A stretch of DNA of 62,157 bases, filler included, from Craspedostauros australis (taxonomy: Eukaryota), in the NCBI GenBank assembly GCA_030167865.1. It is 6 parts of 6 records of this genome, joined end to end, with 100 filler letters (N's around TTAATTAATTAA, not from the genome) between each part and the next. Parts side by side here need not be neighbours in the genome. Positions count along the whole stretch, not along the records: positions 1 to 30,605 come from JALAGF010006675.1; 5 more parts are not named here. The stretch is one strand, 5' to 3'. The notes under the pieces were generated by a model, which saw only the letters and a program-made list of their open reading frames with translations, was not told the origin of the DNA and ran no database searches. Below are positions 1-11,636 of the stretch, piece after piece (the first letter of the stretch is position 1; the number at the start of each line of letters is the position of its first letter). A program made the position numbers and the translations under genes.

Positions 1-237
1 TGCACCCACCACCTGACAGACAGCAAGCCAAAACGACATTAAAAATAAAGTTCATACAAATTTAACTAAGATATTCAGAATAAACGATAGCCAAGCGTCC
101 GAATGAACTGTCTAGTTTTAATTTTAAATGGTGCGTTGTTGAGATATAACATCATAAGCAGTTGTTTGGATGGTTTTNGGTGTGCTCTANTTTAGTCTAC
201 TTTATCACGACTCATCACGAGTAAAACTCAAAAAACA

Positions 238-259
238 CTCCACAACTAGTGTTATCGTG
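238..259. repeat. Copy of a dispersed ~22-bp TIR-like motif (CTCCACAACTAGTGTTATCGTG), probable right end of a DNA transposon
   Basis: Near-identical motifs at ~38281-38301, 53569-53590 and 55095-55116; the preceding sequence is AT-rich and non-coding. Confidence 0.5.
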
Positions 260-904
260 AGTGCATCAACTGCGACCTGGAGGTCGTAGCAGTACGGAAC
301 ATGTGCGCAAGAGAACTCGTTTTGTCGAAACAAGAGAGAGCAAACCGAACACGATCGGAGAAGTTGACACAAAACGGTATCTTCTCGGAGAAGTCCAAAT
401 CAGGCGTTTCCTGACGTTGAATCGTCGATGCGAGACACATGCAACATTGCACATAATATAACGTAAACTTAACGTATGTTTCAGTTTGGATAGGACGACG
501 AGCGATAATCGTGTCCGAGCATCACGCCTGCCATGACATTCCACAACACAATTTGAAGCGGAGGGAACATGACATCTCGTCACATCGTGTGGCGTGAACA
601 CAACACATGGCAAGGTATAGTATGGCGTGACGAGCGAAACGAGGGCGCACGCGTGTGATCAGTCCTTCAGCATTAGATATCAGTTTGATCGAAGTCAACG
701 ATTGATTGATCGATTGATTGACCAATTGATCTATTGATCAAATGAGGCATTACCAAAGAGGAGCCACAACAGAACAAGCGAAGACGAAGTAGAAGTAGAA
801 GAGGAAGGCGCACGCACACAGAGAGATCGAACAGAGACATCAAGCAACCGAGGCGGGGTGCAAGGCAATTGGGAAAGCATCGCGACTGTGGAGCTGCAGA
901 CGCA

Positions 905-1717
905 ATGAGGTTGTTTGGCAGAGGCCGCACGACTGTGCAACAGCCCAGAAGCTTCATGGTCATCCATCCGCAGACGACGGAGACCGATGAGGACGGGGAT
1001 GGCACGGAAGTTATTGCCCATACATCCAAGTCCGTTGCATCCGCCTCCAAGGCATCGATTGCGGATGAGGCGACGATCCTGACCGAAAACCGCTCGGGAA
1101 GAGCCTCCACCAGAGCCACCGTGACCTCAGAAGCACGAGATGGTTCCGACTCGGGGCTGCGCATGAGATTAGCGGGCAAAAGGAAGAGCACATCGCCGGC
1201 GCGAAGGGCAACTGCGAAATCCATGGAGCGCACGTCGCTGTTTTCCAAGAAGGGCAAATCCAAGTCGAACAAGGCCAGCAAAAAGCAACGTTCCGCGTCG
1301 CCCAGAAGAACGAGGCAATCGTCGCCGCGGCGTGTCAAGAACAAACGAGCGCAGAGCCCCATGCGCAAGTCCAAGTATTCTCGCGGACGCAGCACGACGC
1401 GCAAGACCTTTGTGCGTCTTGGAGGCAAGTCACCGACGAAGCATCGCAGCAAGAGTGTGCCACCCACGCGGCGGTACCGTCGTCGCAAGCCTCGCAAGCC
1501 GACTTCCCTGGCCAGCACGGATGAGGTGTATCCTGACTTTCATGCCAAGAGGCAACAGCCGGTCAAGCCCAACCTGGCGGAACCCGAGACCAATTCCATG
1601 ACCGTCATCCATGAGAAGGAAGAACCGGCAGTTGGTTTCGTTGCGCAGCAGCCATCATTCTCGTTCTTTGCCTTTTTGCGTTCACTGATCATGTCCTGCT
1701 ACAAGCCCTCAATGTGA
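905..1717 (+). CDS. Hypothetical Arg/Lys/Ser-rich basic protein
   Basis: Frame is open from 746 and the first ATG is at 905; basic tract with SPRR/SPAR/SPTK motifs; no recognised domain; 5' end uncertain. Confidence 0.5.
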   Translation: MRLFGRGRTTVQQPRSFMVIHPQTTETDEDGDGTEVIAHTSKSVASASKASIADEATILTENRSGRASTRATVTSEARDGSDSGLRMRLAGKRKSTSPARRATAKSMERTSLFSKKGKSKSNKASKKQRSASPRRTRQSSPRRVKNKRAQSPMRKSKYSRGRSTTRKTFVRLGGKSPTKHRSKSVPPTRRYRRRKPRKPTSLASTDEVYPDFHAKRQQPVKPNLAEPETNSMTVIHEKEEPAVGFVAQQPSFSFFAFLRSLIMSCYKPSM

Positions 1718-4700
1718 ACTGGAGCATGGCGCATCGCGACGCACACGCACAGCATCTCGTCAACAAAAGAAGAACAAGGATGATGAAGTGGACTGTTGCC
1801 GATCCCACTGATGTGAGCGAATCAGAAGCATGCTCGAACGATGGATAGAAAGGCTGCTCGAATACCTTCAGTTTCGCAGGATTGAACCTTCCACAATACT
1901 ATTCAATGTAGTGCATTCAAGCAATATATAATATTATATAATATAAGAATACATCACTCACTCCGTCCTTGCTCGTATCATGCGCACATCCACCCATGCG
2001 ATGGCTCAAACCCGACATTCCTCTGCATCTCATCAGCATGCCGTGCCCGGTTCCCGCATCCAAACAAGTAAAACGGTCCCTGGACGTCTTGGCGAATGTC
2101 TCTTCTTGCGGTCCCAACTTCATTTGTGTCCTTCCTTTCTGGAGCAGAAATCGAGGTTGTGACGCCACTATCGCTTTGCATCTTCGAACTCAGGAGCGTG
2201 CTTGTCTTGTTGCGTTTTTGCAGGTATGGGGCAGAATGGTACAATCTGAGCACCCTGTCGTTGTACGACTACGACACTAGCAGGATTAGGATCATTGTCA
2301 ATCGCGAGGTTCGTGCCAAAAATCCTGAACAGGCACTTGTTTGCCGCTCCCAATGGCACCGGATACGAGCTATGTGGCAGATACCCTCGTAACAATGTGA
2401 AAGGACGAGACAGCGCAGTATTATACAATTGTCGCGGCGTGGTGTCTCACTGGGATGCGAGCCGCAATGGAGAAGATCGGACATGATGATCTATCATCCT
2501 ACGAGTATCAACAGCAATTCTGATGAATACCATACGCATGAGCCAACAGCTCTTTTCGGGTACAAGATTCAGAAAGAGTCTGAAAGGATGCAGGCTGCCA
2601 CGATCAGAGACCTGGCGACCCTTATGGTGGATCAGAAAGATCGAATCTGAAAGATTGGATCGGAAAGATCGGACCACAAGCCCCCTGTTCAACGAAACGA
2701 AGAAAGGATCTGAAATTGAAGCTGGTCGTGAGTGTGGAGAGTGAGCCATCATTGTGATCGTGATCGGCATCGTTGTCGTCATCATCATGATGATCATCAA
2801 GGACGTCACACGGCTTCATCCATAGAGGTGGATCACAGTGCCCGCCATGAGTAAGCCAGATCATGGTACCGCGCGCCAAACTCTACCCCGCTGTGCTGTC
2901 TTTGCGCCACGTAGTCGTTGCGCACATCGAGATGCCCCAAATCACACACCCAAATCGACCACTGACGCGGTCCTACTCGTATGAGTGTGAGTCTGTCGAC
3001 CGTGTGATTGATCTCAGATGTGGTGGCGATGATGCAAATGGAGTACATGGATAGAATGGCAGATCAACCTTCCTCGGGATCGCAGATCGTGCGATACAAG
3101 ATGAAGCAGAGGATGGACCAAGTCGAACACGTCCGCATCACCAAACTTTGCTCTGCAAACGCTTTGGTCCGGCGCTCTTCCTGGTCCCCCTCCGATCGCG
3201 TGGATGGCGGCATCGGAACAGTTGTGAATGAACTGATGCAGAGTGTTGCCAGAACATGGCGGTTTTGGATCAGAACAGGAGAATGTCACGGACGTGCACA
3301 CCGAGGTCGCTTCCACCACAACAGCAATGTGTGTCGTTCCCGATCCCTGTTTCGGCGACGGAAGGGGGAGATGGACAAAACGCGAGGGTGCCGCGACACA
3401 GGTTTGGCGAAGGCGACATCTGGGACTATGGCGAGAGATAGCGCTCTTGGCTACCCGAGCAACGTCCGAGGGATGTCATCGTCCAAGACCTCATTCGCCC
3501 ACGACAGTCTTGGTGCCAATCACGATCACGGAGGCGCGATGGGAGACCCACCCGAATTGATTTCGTGATGTGCAAAGGTGACCAGAGCACGACAAGTTGT
3601 GTCACAGAGAGAGTTGCGTTACGGCAACCGAGGTTGGGCGCATTTCCGGTACCTTCGGAGAGGCCTTCGATCGACGGAACCCCAACCGCAAACACACATT
3701 CACAAATCTATTCTACGAGCACCACACTCGATGGACGGCAGCAGGAGCGGCAACCAAATGATCAAGCAGTTGCTCATCCCTTGGGAAATACCGCTGCAAT
3801 TGGCCAGGATAAGAATATCCACCAAAGGAGATGTCAGCGAAGGTCGACCGATGAATTGTTGTTAGCGGTCGCACCTCGTTGTCCGAGATAAAGCACGAGT
3901 ATGAGGACGTGGAAGAGGAATCAAACCGGCTGTGTTCCTTCACAAACTCTGGCCTCTGAGGTTTCATCTTCACCCCGTTTCTCCACCACGCAACGTACCG
4001 GTGCAGCGGTACCGCCGGAACGGACTGCGTGTGGATCCTTCGTTGAAGGACATTTTGGAAGGGGAGTGATGCTGAGTCATCTGCGCATAGGTGTCCACTT
4101 TGTGAGGCTCCCCAGTGTCAAGGCACGTGCAGCGCAGCGAAGCTATTGCTTGGCTTTGGGGCGGACCGGGACATGAACATTGTGATGATGTGACACCGTT
4201 TTGCACTGATTCGCCCTCTGGCGATTGCGATTGCGATTGTGTGGTTGGTCGTACGCGTACGAGCTGCAATCGGCCGGAATGACGCTGTGCCTCAGTGCTC
4301 GCAAGTGAGAGACCAGCGACAAAGAGAGAGAGAGAGGTCCAAAGGGTGTCAGAGAGCAGAGAAGCGATGGCGGAGCAACGCGACGAGGAAGAGGATCTCT
4401 GGTTCCGACATTGTCAAGGGAGCTGCCGGTTTTCTTCTCGCTGCTGCTATCGCTGTTCCTGCCGCCGAAGCTGTCACGGTTGCCGCTGTGATGGGTGCCA
4501 AAGTTACTGAGGTTGTTAGCACTTCCTGGTTCGCCCTCTCGGTTCTTGAAGGTTGGCTTCCATCTCCGTCCCTCGTGATGTTGTTTGTATGCGAGAGAGA
4601 GGCAAAACAAGACGTCTGACATGGCGGATCAGAGCTTCGCAAACCAGTGCGCTGGCAACACAGCATCCGCGAGATGAAGGAGGGTGTTCTACTCAACGTG

Positions 4701-5858
4701 CTCGTTTTTGTACCTGTAGTTGTGGTCGTAGAGTAGTTGACTTGTTCGATGAAGAGGAGAACGACGTAGGAGCTATGGTCCCTTGTGAGTATTTGTGGAA
4801 GGCAGCAACATGATCACGCAGCCCAACGCGAATGGGTTGCAGCAACACAATGGAGATGTTTTTGCAAAGCAAAGGAACGTGGAGCAGAGGCGAGCAGAGT
4901 AGAATAGCTCTGTTCTTTTGTATTGAATTTATGGAATCGTGCGAAGCAAGACGACGCCAAAATCGCAGACGAGGTTAACATTTGGTGAGCAACACACAGT
5001 CATCACCAATACGAAAAACCAGCTTCAACATCGGAGATAGCTGAAAAGCAGCTTTTGTCTTGATTCGGGATGTCCGCGTTGGGGAGACACATTTCTACCG
5101 TCACTCGGAGTTCGCAATGGATAAACTCAGTTTATGCGGAGCGTACGTCTGAGAGGCATTATGCCGCAAACGGCACTGCACACGTGATTCATGCTCGTTC
5201 CTCTTCGAAGAGGGTCGTGGTTGCCACGCATCGACGTCACGAGGACCAATTCCGAAGTTCGAAGAACCACTGCCCGTGCAGTGTCAACTCCACGAGTACG
5301 TGCCCACGAACACAACTGCACAACCGCAAAAACACAACGATTAATCCTCACAAAATCAAAAGCACACAAATTGAAAACAGACCAAACAAACAAACCACAA
5401 ACAAACAAGGCACCAAAACGTAAAGCACGCACTCAACTCACAGCGGACGAAGACGCTCGTTGACTCACTGACTCACGCAACGCGACAACCAAACAAATTG
5501 AACTTCCAATCCAATTCGCCAAACATTGCACACCTTGTCACAAGACATAATCGAAACACGCTCGCGAAACGAAAAGGAACGAAGCAGAGACACATTGATA
5601 CGTGCTCTCCCGACCCTTGCCACAACAAACGGTGCCAACTTCTCGCCACACAACTCTCCAGAGAGCAAACTCACAATCGTAGTCATACCAGCGTAATCGT
5701 CACCAGCACAATCATCGCCATCGCCACAGCGCTACTCCACTCAGTTCCACATTCTCTTTGTGGAAACGCTTGAAGCGGAAAACGAAAGGCACAAAGCAGC
5801 AGAAGAAGAACGGCAAGAGAGCATCTCCGGCTGCTCATCTCACAAAAAGCAAACCAGA

Positions 5859-5948
5859 GCAACTCCACAGCAGCACCCGCAACTCCACAGCCGCAATCGC
5901 AACTCCACAGCACCCGCAACTCCACAGCCACAATCGCAACTCCACAGC
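5859..5948 (+). repeat. Minisatellite, 5 copies of GCAACTCCACAGC core (17-20 bp period)
   Basis: Cores start at 5859, 5879, 5899, 5916, 5936. Confidence 0.8.
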
Positions 5949-6410
5949 AGCAATCGCACTGCAACCCATTCCATTCCCATTTCATCAATACACAGGCACC
6001 ATCACGTTCACGATGATGCATCCGCAACACCTGCCGCCAACGCGCGTGCAGATGACACACCCAATGGACGCCGGCGGCACATCACGGCAGGACTGTCTGC
6101 CCACAAAACCCACGCGATCGTGGTGCAATGACAATAGCACGACGACGTCAAGTCGAACGCATCAGCTGACGATATCGTATCTAAATCGGGCGTTGGAATG
6201 CATTCAGGAAGAACCGTCGTCGACGTGATCCGAAGACGACCGCGAGGTTGATCGAGTGGATGGGCGGCGCATCACACTTTGGAACATACCGTAAACGATA
6301 GATATACACACATACGATACAACACAGAAACGCACTCAATCTCTCCATAGACGCACATGTCATGCAAAAACTATGTACTTATAATATGATTAAACTGAAG
6401 ACGACTGCGG

Positions 6411-7361
6411 TTACTGCAACAACAGATCTTCCATGAGGGTGCGTTTGGTGGAGGACGACTTCGAGGACGACTTGTCGCTCGTATCGGCCGCCGAACTGCT
6501 CTCATCGCCGAAGCTGATATGATCTTCGACGTCAAGTGCGGCATCGTCGATGCACGCCGCACACTGAGTGGTCATGAAATCTCCATAATCCTGAAACTCC
6601 TGCGCCAATTGCGAATGCAGGGCCGACCAGAACGACCACGATGTCGCTGGGGCGTCCGAGTCAGCGCGCGAGACGTCGGACTTGAGGAGCAACCCCTCCC
6701 TATGCTGCTGCATCAACTCCTCGTGCTGCTGCTTGCGCTCCTGCTGCATCTGATACTGCTGCTGCCGGATAGCTTCGCGCTTCATGAGGTACTGCACGCG
6801 CTGCTGTTCTAGCTTGGTCTGTTCGCGATCCGACGATCCGCGCGCGGCTGCGGATTTGTTCTTGGGGGGCTCGGGAGTGCTGTTGCTTTCGTCGGTCGGC
6901 GCCGTCGTCGTGACGGTGTCCTTGTCATCGGAGAGGTCGGAGACCTTGCGGCGCAGCGGCACATCGTAGTGCAGGGCCGCGCGCGATCGTGTGACGACCC
7001 ATCCGTTGCTCATGGCGGAGTCGGTGGAGGGGGCGCAGCGCAGCGAGTTGGTCCCTGCCACCGATCTGCTGTAGCGGCGATTGCGGCGCGGGCTGCCACG
7101 TTGTTGTTTGGGGCGATGGCGCGATGATCTCAGAGCGTCATGGCGCTGTTTGCGCGGCGTGGAAGGCTTCTGTTCTTCTTCTTCCTGCTCCTGTGGGTGC
7201 TTGTACTTGTCGTCGCTCTTGTCGTTGTTGTTCTCCTGTGGCTCTTGCTGCTTCTGATCCACCGGCTTGCCTCCGTACGAAGGGTCCGAGATGGCGGAGA
7301 TCTGACTTGCCGCATCATCCGTTGCAGCCCTGGTGGACTCGCGATGGCAGACGTTCGGCAT
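6411..7361 (-). CDS. Hypothetical low-complexity/coiled-coil protein (316 aa)
   Basis: ATG-initiated ORF, coding-like codon use, Q/E-rich helical segment; no known domain. Confidence 0.6.
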   Translation of the reverse strand: MPNVCHRESTRAATDDAASQISAISDPSYGGKPVDQKQQEPQENNNDKSDDKYKHPQEQEEEEQKPSTPRKQRHDALRSSRHRPKQQRGSPRRNRRYSRSVAGTNSLRCAPSTDSAMSNGWVVTRSRAALHYDVPLRRKVSDLSDDKDTVTTTAPTDESNSTPEPPKNKSAAARGSSDREQTKLEQQRVQYLMKREAIRQQQYQMQQERKQQHEELMQQHREGLLLKSDVSRADSDAPATSWSFWSALHSQLAQEFQDYGDFMTTQCAACIDDAALDVEDHISFGDESSSAADTSDKSSSKSSSTKRTLMEDLLLQ

Positions 7362-8610
7362 CTTGCTCGTCTTCTGTTCCTGGCAATATATGGTACTGAT
7401 ATAGTTCTTGATACAGCTCTGATATGGAGTGCTATTTGGGATGATAGCACCGAGAATGGAATGCTTCTTGTCGTCAAGCGGAGTGAAGGCAGATGAGAGT
7501 CAAAGAGAATCAGGCAGCGCAACGCCTCCGGAGAGTCAACTCAACGCAGCTCAAGCGTCCTCGAGTATAGCAGATCGCAACTGCTGAGTGTTGCGCGTGA
7601 GAGTGATGGAAGTCTTGGTGAGAATGGCAAGGATTCCACGATGAATCCGTAAACCTCGATGCGTATCGTTGGGTCTCTCTCAACGATTGCGGATGGATGT
7701 GAATGGAAATACGGCTTGTGTTGTGCCTGTCTTTGCCCTGTGTCTTTACTTCACTTCAGTTGCTGTCTCTCTCTCTGTGTCTCTTTGACTTGCTTGCTCC
7801 GTTTGTGTTGTTTCACTTTGCTCCACTTTCCCATTGAGGATGGATACAACCGCTGCTCTGTTCTGTTCTGTTCTGCCAAGTCGACAAATCTTGGCTGGTG
7901 GTCCTCTCCAATTCTTTGGCCACTGTGAGATTGCGCGACAGAATCCATCCCGTGTTGTATCCAACGAAAACGACACCAACGGTGACAATGATGTCGATCG
8001 TCATCTCACTCCAACACACACACACGTGCGTGTGTTTTATCCCGCCAAATCCGATACACATGGTCGCGACTTCGCCAATACCACCGACCCAACGCACACG
8101 CATTTCCGTTGAAATTTTTGATTTCGGTATCACTATGGCACGCAGTAACGACAAATATTTCGAGGCGCGCGGACAGGCGGAAAGAGTGAGAAACGGTGAC
8201 TGTAAACTTTGGCCATTCAAAATCATTGCGCGCAACGAAAAGCCGAAAAGTTGGGATGCGGCGAAGTGGCGAGAGAGAAGACACCATCCATCTCTTGTTG
8301 AACGATGCGATCATCCTGTCAAAGTTTTGTCTTGTTGATAGTCTGGCTTGTGAGTGACTCGTCTTCTCCATTCAGGCATCCACAACGAACTCACAAGCCA
8401 TTCAGGCATCCAAGCTGTTCAGAAGCCATCCACAGGCCATCCAACAGGAACTCACATTGCGAACAGAACAGACCCACAAACTGAACAAGTCATCATACAG
8501 CCCTCGCACGGGATTATGCCATAAACAGCAACACAGCAACACCAGCACAGAGCAGGCAGTAGAAGACAAAGAGGAAGAGGAGGAGAAAGAAGAGGAGGAG
8601 GACGATCAAG

Positions 8611-9864
8611 ATGTCGCCCCAAGCAGACGTCCTCGCCGCAACCTACAACGGTTATCTGGACAACAGCGGCGGATCGCGTCGCAGCGGCAAGATCCACAGC
8701 GATCGACCATGGGACGACGGCAACGACGGTGACGATCACCGACCCCTGCGCAACGACCGCGAACGCATGGCCCGCATCCAGGCAAAGAAGGCGCAGTACC
8801 GACGCAAGATGATGCAGCAGACGGAGGAAGCGGTGGATCAGAATGGCGGAGTCTCCCACATGCATGGCTTTGTCGTTCAGAACCGCCACAACAACGGCGA
8901 CAGCTACCAGCAGGCATTCTTCAACAGCAGGCCGCAGTACCAGCATCAGCACAACTATCAGCCGCAGCCTGTGCATGTGCATCAGCAGTCGCAGCAGCAA
9001 AGGTTCAATCACATCAACAACGGCATCAACAGCAGCATCGACAACGACGAAAGCAGCGTGATGAGCCACGAGAAGATCCTGCAGGGCATCACCAACGAAC
9101 CCCCTCCACCGGCGGCCATCTCCAGCAGCGCCAAAGCGCGTGCGGCACGTCAAAAGAGGTTGGGCAGCACTCCAGTGACGAACAAGGAGAACGTCCACGT
9201 CCACGACGCCTCCGCCCATCTGCGCCAACTGCGGGCCCGCCGCGTGCGCCAGGCCTTGCGCGTCACGGACGACGAGGCGGATCAGGTCGAAGCCATGCGC
9301 GAGCGCCGTCACAAGGAAGCCATGCGCGATCGCGTGCTGCAGCTCGAGCGAGAGCAGCTCAAGCAGCAGCAGGAGGCCGAGCAGCGACGGTTGGCAGAAT
9401 TGGAGCGCCAGCGGCAAGCGGCCTTGTTCAAAGAAAGGTTGGCGTTGGAAGAGCAGAAGCGTCAGCTGGAGCAGGATCAGAAGATGATGCAGCTCGCGGC
9501 AGAACAGCGGGCTCAACAGGAAGCGGCCATGCGCGTTCCGCAGCTCAAGATCGTTCCCGTCGAGGAAGTCCTGCAGCACAGCGACAGCGAAGATAGCGTC
9601 GAACACAGCCGAGACCTTGTCGACGACAGTGTCGAACACAGCCAAGATCTCGTCGATGACAGCGTCGAGCGCGATCAAGAGGATGCCATCCTCGAACAGG
9701 AGGCCCCCACCATGCTGGGCGACCTGCAGGGCATGTTCCAGAGCCTCGATGTCACCAACCTCATCGGTCTGCGCTGCGGATGCTTGGAGAACGTCGATCA
9801 TCACCAGTCCCACAATGACAGCGATCTCACGGAACACGATTTGAGTCTTCGCGCCGTGCGTTAA
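8611..9864 (+). CDS. Hypothetical Gln-rich coiled-coil protein (417 aa)
   Basis: Long ATG ORF with strong third-position GC bias; E/Q/R coiled coil; 11-aa repeat DSVEHSxDLVD. Confidence 0.7.
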   Translation: MSPQADVLAATYNGYLDNSGGSRRSGKIHSDRPWDDGNDGDDHRPLRNDRERMARIQAKKAQYRRKMMQQTEEAVDQNGGVSHMHGFVVQNRHNNGDSYQQAFFNSRPQYQHQHNYQPQPVHVHQQSQQQRFNHINNGINSSIDNDESSVMSHEKILQGITNEPPPPAAISSSAKARAARQKRLGSTPVTNKENVHVHDASAHLRQLRARRVRQALRVTDDEADQVEAMRERRHKEAMRDRVLQLEREQLKQQQEAEQRRLAELERQRQAALFKERLALEEQKRQLEQDQKMMQLAAEQRAQQEAAMRVPQLKIVPVEEVLQHSDSEDSVEHSRDLVDDSVEHSQDLVDDSVERDQEDAILEQEAPTMLGDLQGMFQSLDVTNLIGLRCGCLENVDHHQSHNDSDLTEHDLSLRAVR

Positions 9865-9926
9865 CCACACTACACTCGTTCCTGTAGTATCTTGTAACAA
9901 TAGACGAACGACTTACAGACCGACGC

Positions 9927-11636
9927 ATGTGCACAATGGGCCTCAACAAAGATTGTTCACAAATCGGATGCAAGATGATGCGACATCGCAAGGCAAAGAC
10001 GACAACGACCAACCACACGATCGTGGAGACGACCATCCCCCGCAAGCGCAAGCGTCGTCGGCGGCTTGGCTTGGTGCTGGCTCTCATCGTCGCTGTCGTC
10101 GTGTGCTTGTACAGCTACACCGCACGCACCACAACCACAACCATCTACACCAACACCATCGCGCGAGATCGCTACATCTGTCAACATCGACTGCGCCATG
10201 AGCTGCAACTGCCCGATACCGCCTGCAATGAGCCGCCGCGCGTTATCTGGGACACCCCGGCCTTGCGCAATGCCCACAACATGCCGCCCATCACGTTGCG
10301 CTTCGATGGAAGCCAAGCAGCCGCCACCAAGAAGGACTGCCGCGTGCCGTGTCAGTATATCGGAGCGCCGGAATCCGTCTCGATCGTCGCGATCGACGAC
10401 ACGGACTGGAGGTTCGTATTCTCCATGGAAGGCGCGGCCTATTATCCCGAGCTCACCATCAAGGACACGGCCTATCGACAGGATCATTACTACGCCACGA
10501 CGTCGTTTCAGTCCGAGGTCCCGCTGCCCTACTTTTCGTGGCAAGAGTACGATATACACTCCGTGCCTGCTGCGAGCAACAAGAAGAAGGCAGCCACGTT
10601 CTTGGCCAACAACTGCGATTCCTTGAGCGCCCGCGAGAGCGTCGTGCAACAGATGATGGACACGGTCGGCGGCATCCCCATCCTGTCCTTCGCGTCCTGT
10701 CTACACAATGCGGATATGCCCTCGCTGCACAACAAGACGGCCATCCTCGAACAGTACATGTTCCATCTATCCTTCGAAAATCAGCGCACGCCCGATTACG
10801 TCACGGAAAAGCTGTGGGGCGCCTTGGCGGCCGGTACGGTGCCCGTCTATTTGGGTGCGCCCATCGCAGATCTGCCGCCGCACTCCGTCATCTTCGTCGA
10901 CGACTTTGAGACGCCGCAGGCGTTGGCCTTGTATCTGCGCCGCGTCGCCGACGATCCCGTCCTGTATGCCCAGTATCAGGCATGGCGCAACGAACCATTG
11001 CCGGAGTCTTTTGTGCAGCGATACGATTTCACGCACACGCATTCGTACTGTCGCATGTGCCAGTGGTCCTACGCCAAGATGTACGGTCTGGTGTGGAATG
11101 CGCAAGCGCAGCGCGTGGAAGATTTCGCGTATCACAAGACGTGTCACGAAGGATGGATCGTGCGACCCTTCGTGGAGCGGTGGCTCAATGTGAGTGCACC
11201 GTCGTCGTCGTCGTCGTCGTCGTGCCGATGGACCGATGCCAATCGCCGCATGACATCGACGCAAGGCGAATGGATCCGCGATGTGCATCACAATCGTGAC
11301 GGCGTCACCGATTTCACCATGAATACGAAGCATCGTTTGGAACTGCAGTTTGATCCGAAGCAGAGCTACACCTTTCGTGCAATTGGTGACACGAAATCCA
11401 TCCTGCAGACGGATGATGTGCGTTTCACGTTTGTCTACTTCGCCGGGACAGCGGTGTTGCGGTGGACGCCAGAGTCGGTCGTCAGGTTCGACAAGACGCC
11501 GGACAAGTTGCGTATCATAGTGGAGCCGTTGGATTCGTTTCATGAGGAAGGTGCAAAGCAGCGCGTCAACTACTTTGGTCGTATCATGACGCAGGATTTC
11601 TTGTTTCCAGCCAAGACGGTCGTCGTGAGCAAGTGA
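9927..11636 (+). CDS. Alpha-1,3/4-fucosyltransferase (GT10 family), type II membrane protein
   Basis: GT10 signature YMFHLSFENQRTPDYVTEKLWGALAAGTVPVYLG; SMEG motif; basic tail followed by TM helix LGLVLALIVAVVVCLY; true start may be ATG 9975. Confidence 0.92.
   Translation: MCTMGLNKDCSQIGCKMMRHRKAKTTTTNHTIVETTIPRKRKRRRRLGLVLALIVAVVVCLYSYTARTTTTTIYTNTIARDRYICQHRLRHELQLPDTACNEPPRVIWDTPALRNAHNMPPITLRFDGSQAAATKKDCRVPCQYIGAPESVSIVAIDDTDWRFVFSMEGAAYYPELTIKDTAYRQDHYYATTSFQSEVPLPYFSWQEYDIHSVPAASNKKKAATFLANNCDSLSARESVVQQMMDTVGGIPILSFASCLHNADMPSLHNKTAILEQYMFHLSFENQRTPDYVTEKLWGALAAGTVPVYLGAPIADLPPHSVIFVDDFETPQALALYLRRVADDPVLYAQYQAWRNEPLPESFVQRYDFTHTHSYCRMCQWSYAKMYGLVWNAQAQRVEDFAYHKTCHEGWIVRPFVERWLNVSAPSSSSSSSCRWTDANRRMTSTQGEWIRDVHHNRDGVTDFTMNTKHRLELQFDPKQSYTFRAIGDTKSILQTDDVRFTFVYFAGTAVLRWTPESVVRFDKTPDKLRIIVEPLDSFHEEGAKQRVNYFGRIMTQDFLFPAKTVVVSK

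Noticed and set aside
1917..5800. Many short ORFs
   Set aside because: No recognisable motifs or consistent exon structure; a decayed or spliced gene cannot be excluded
8452..9900. Long antisense ORFs (also 673-1518, 10767-11930, 25695-27233, 36094-36957, 50665-51570)
   Set aside because: Shadow ORFs caused by codon bias of genes on the opposite strand
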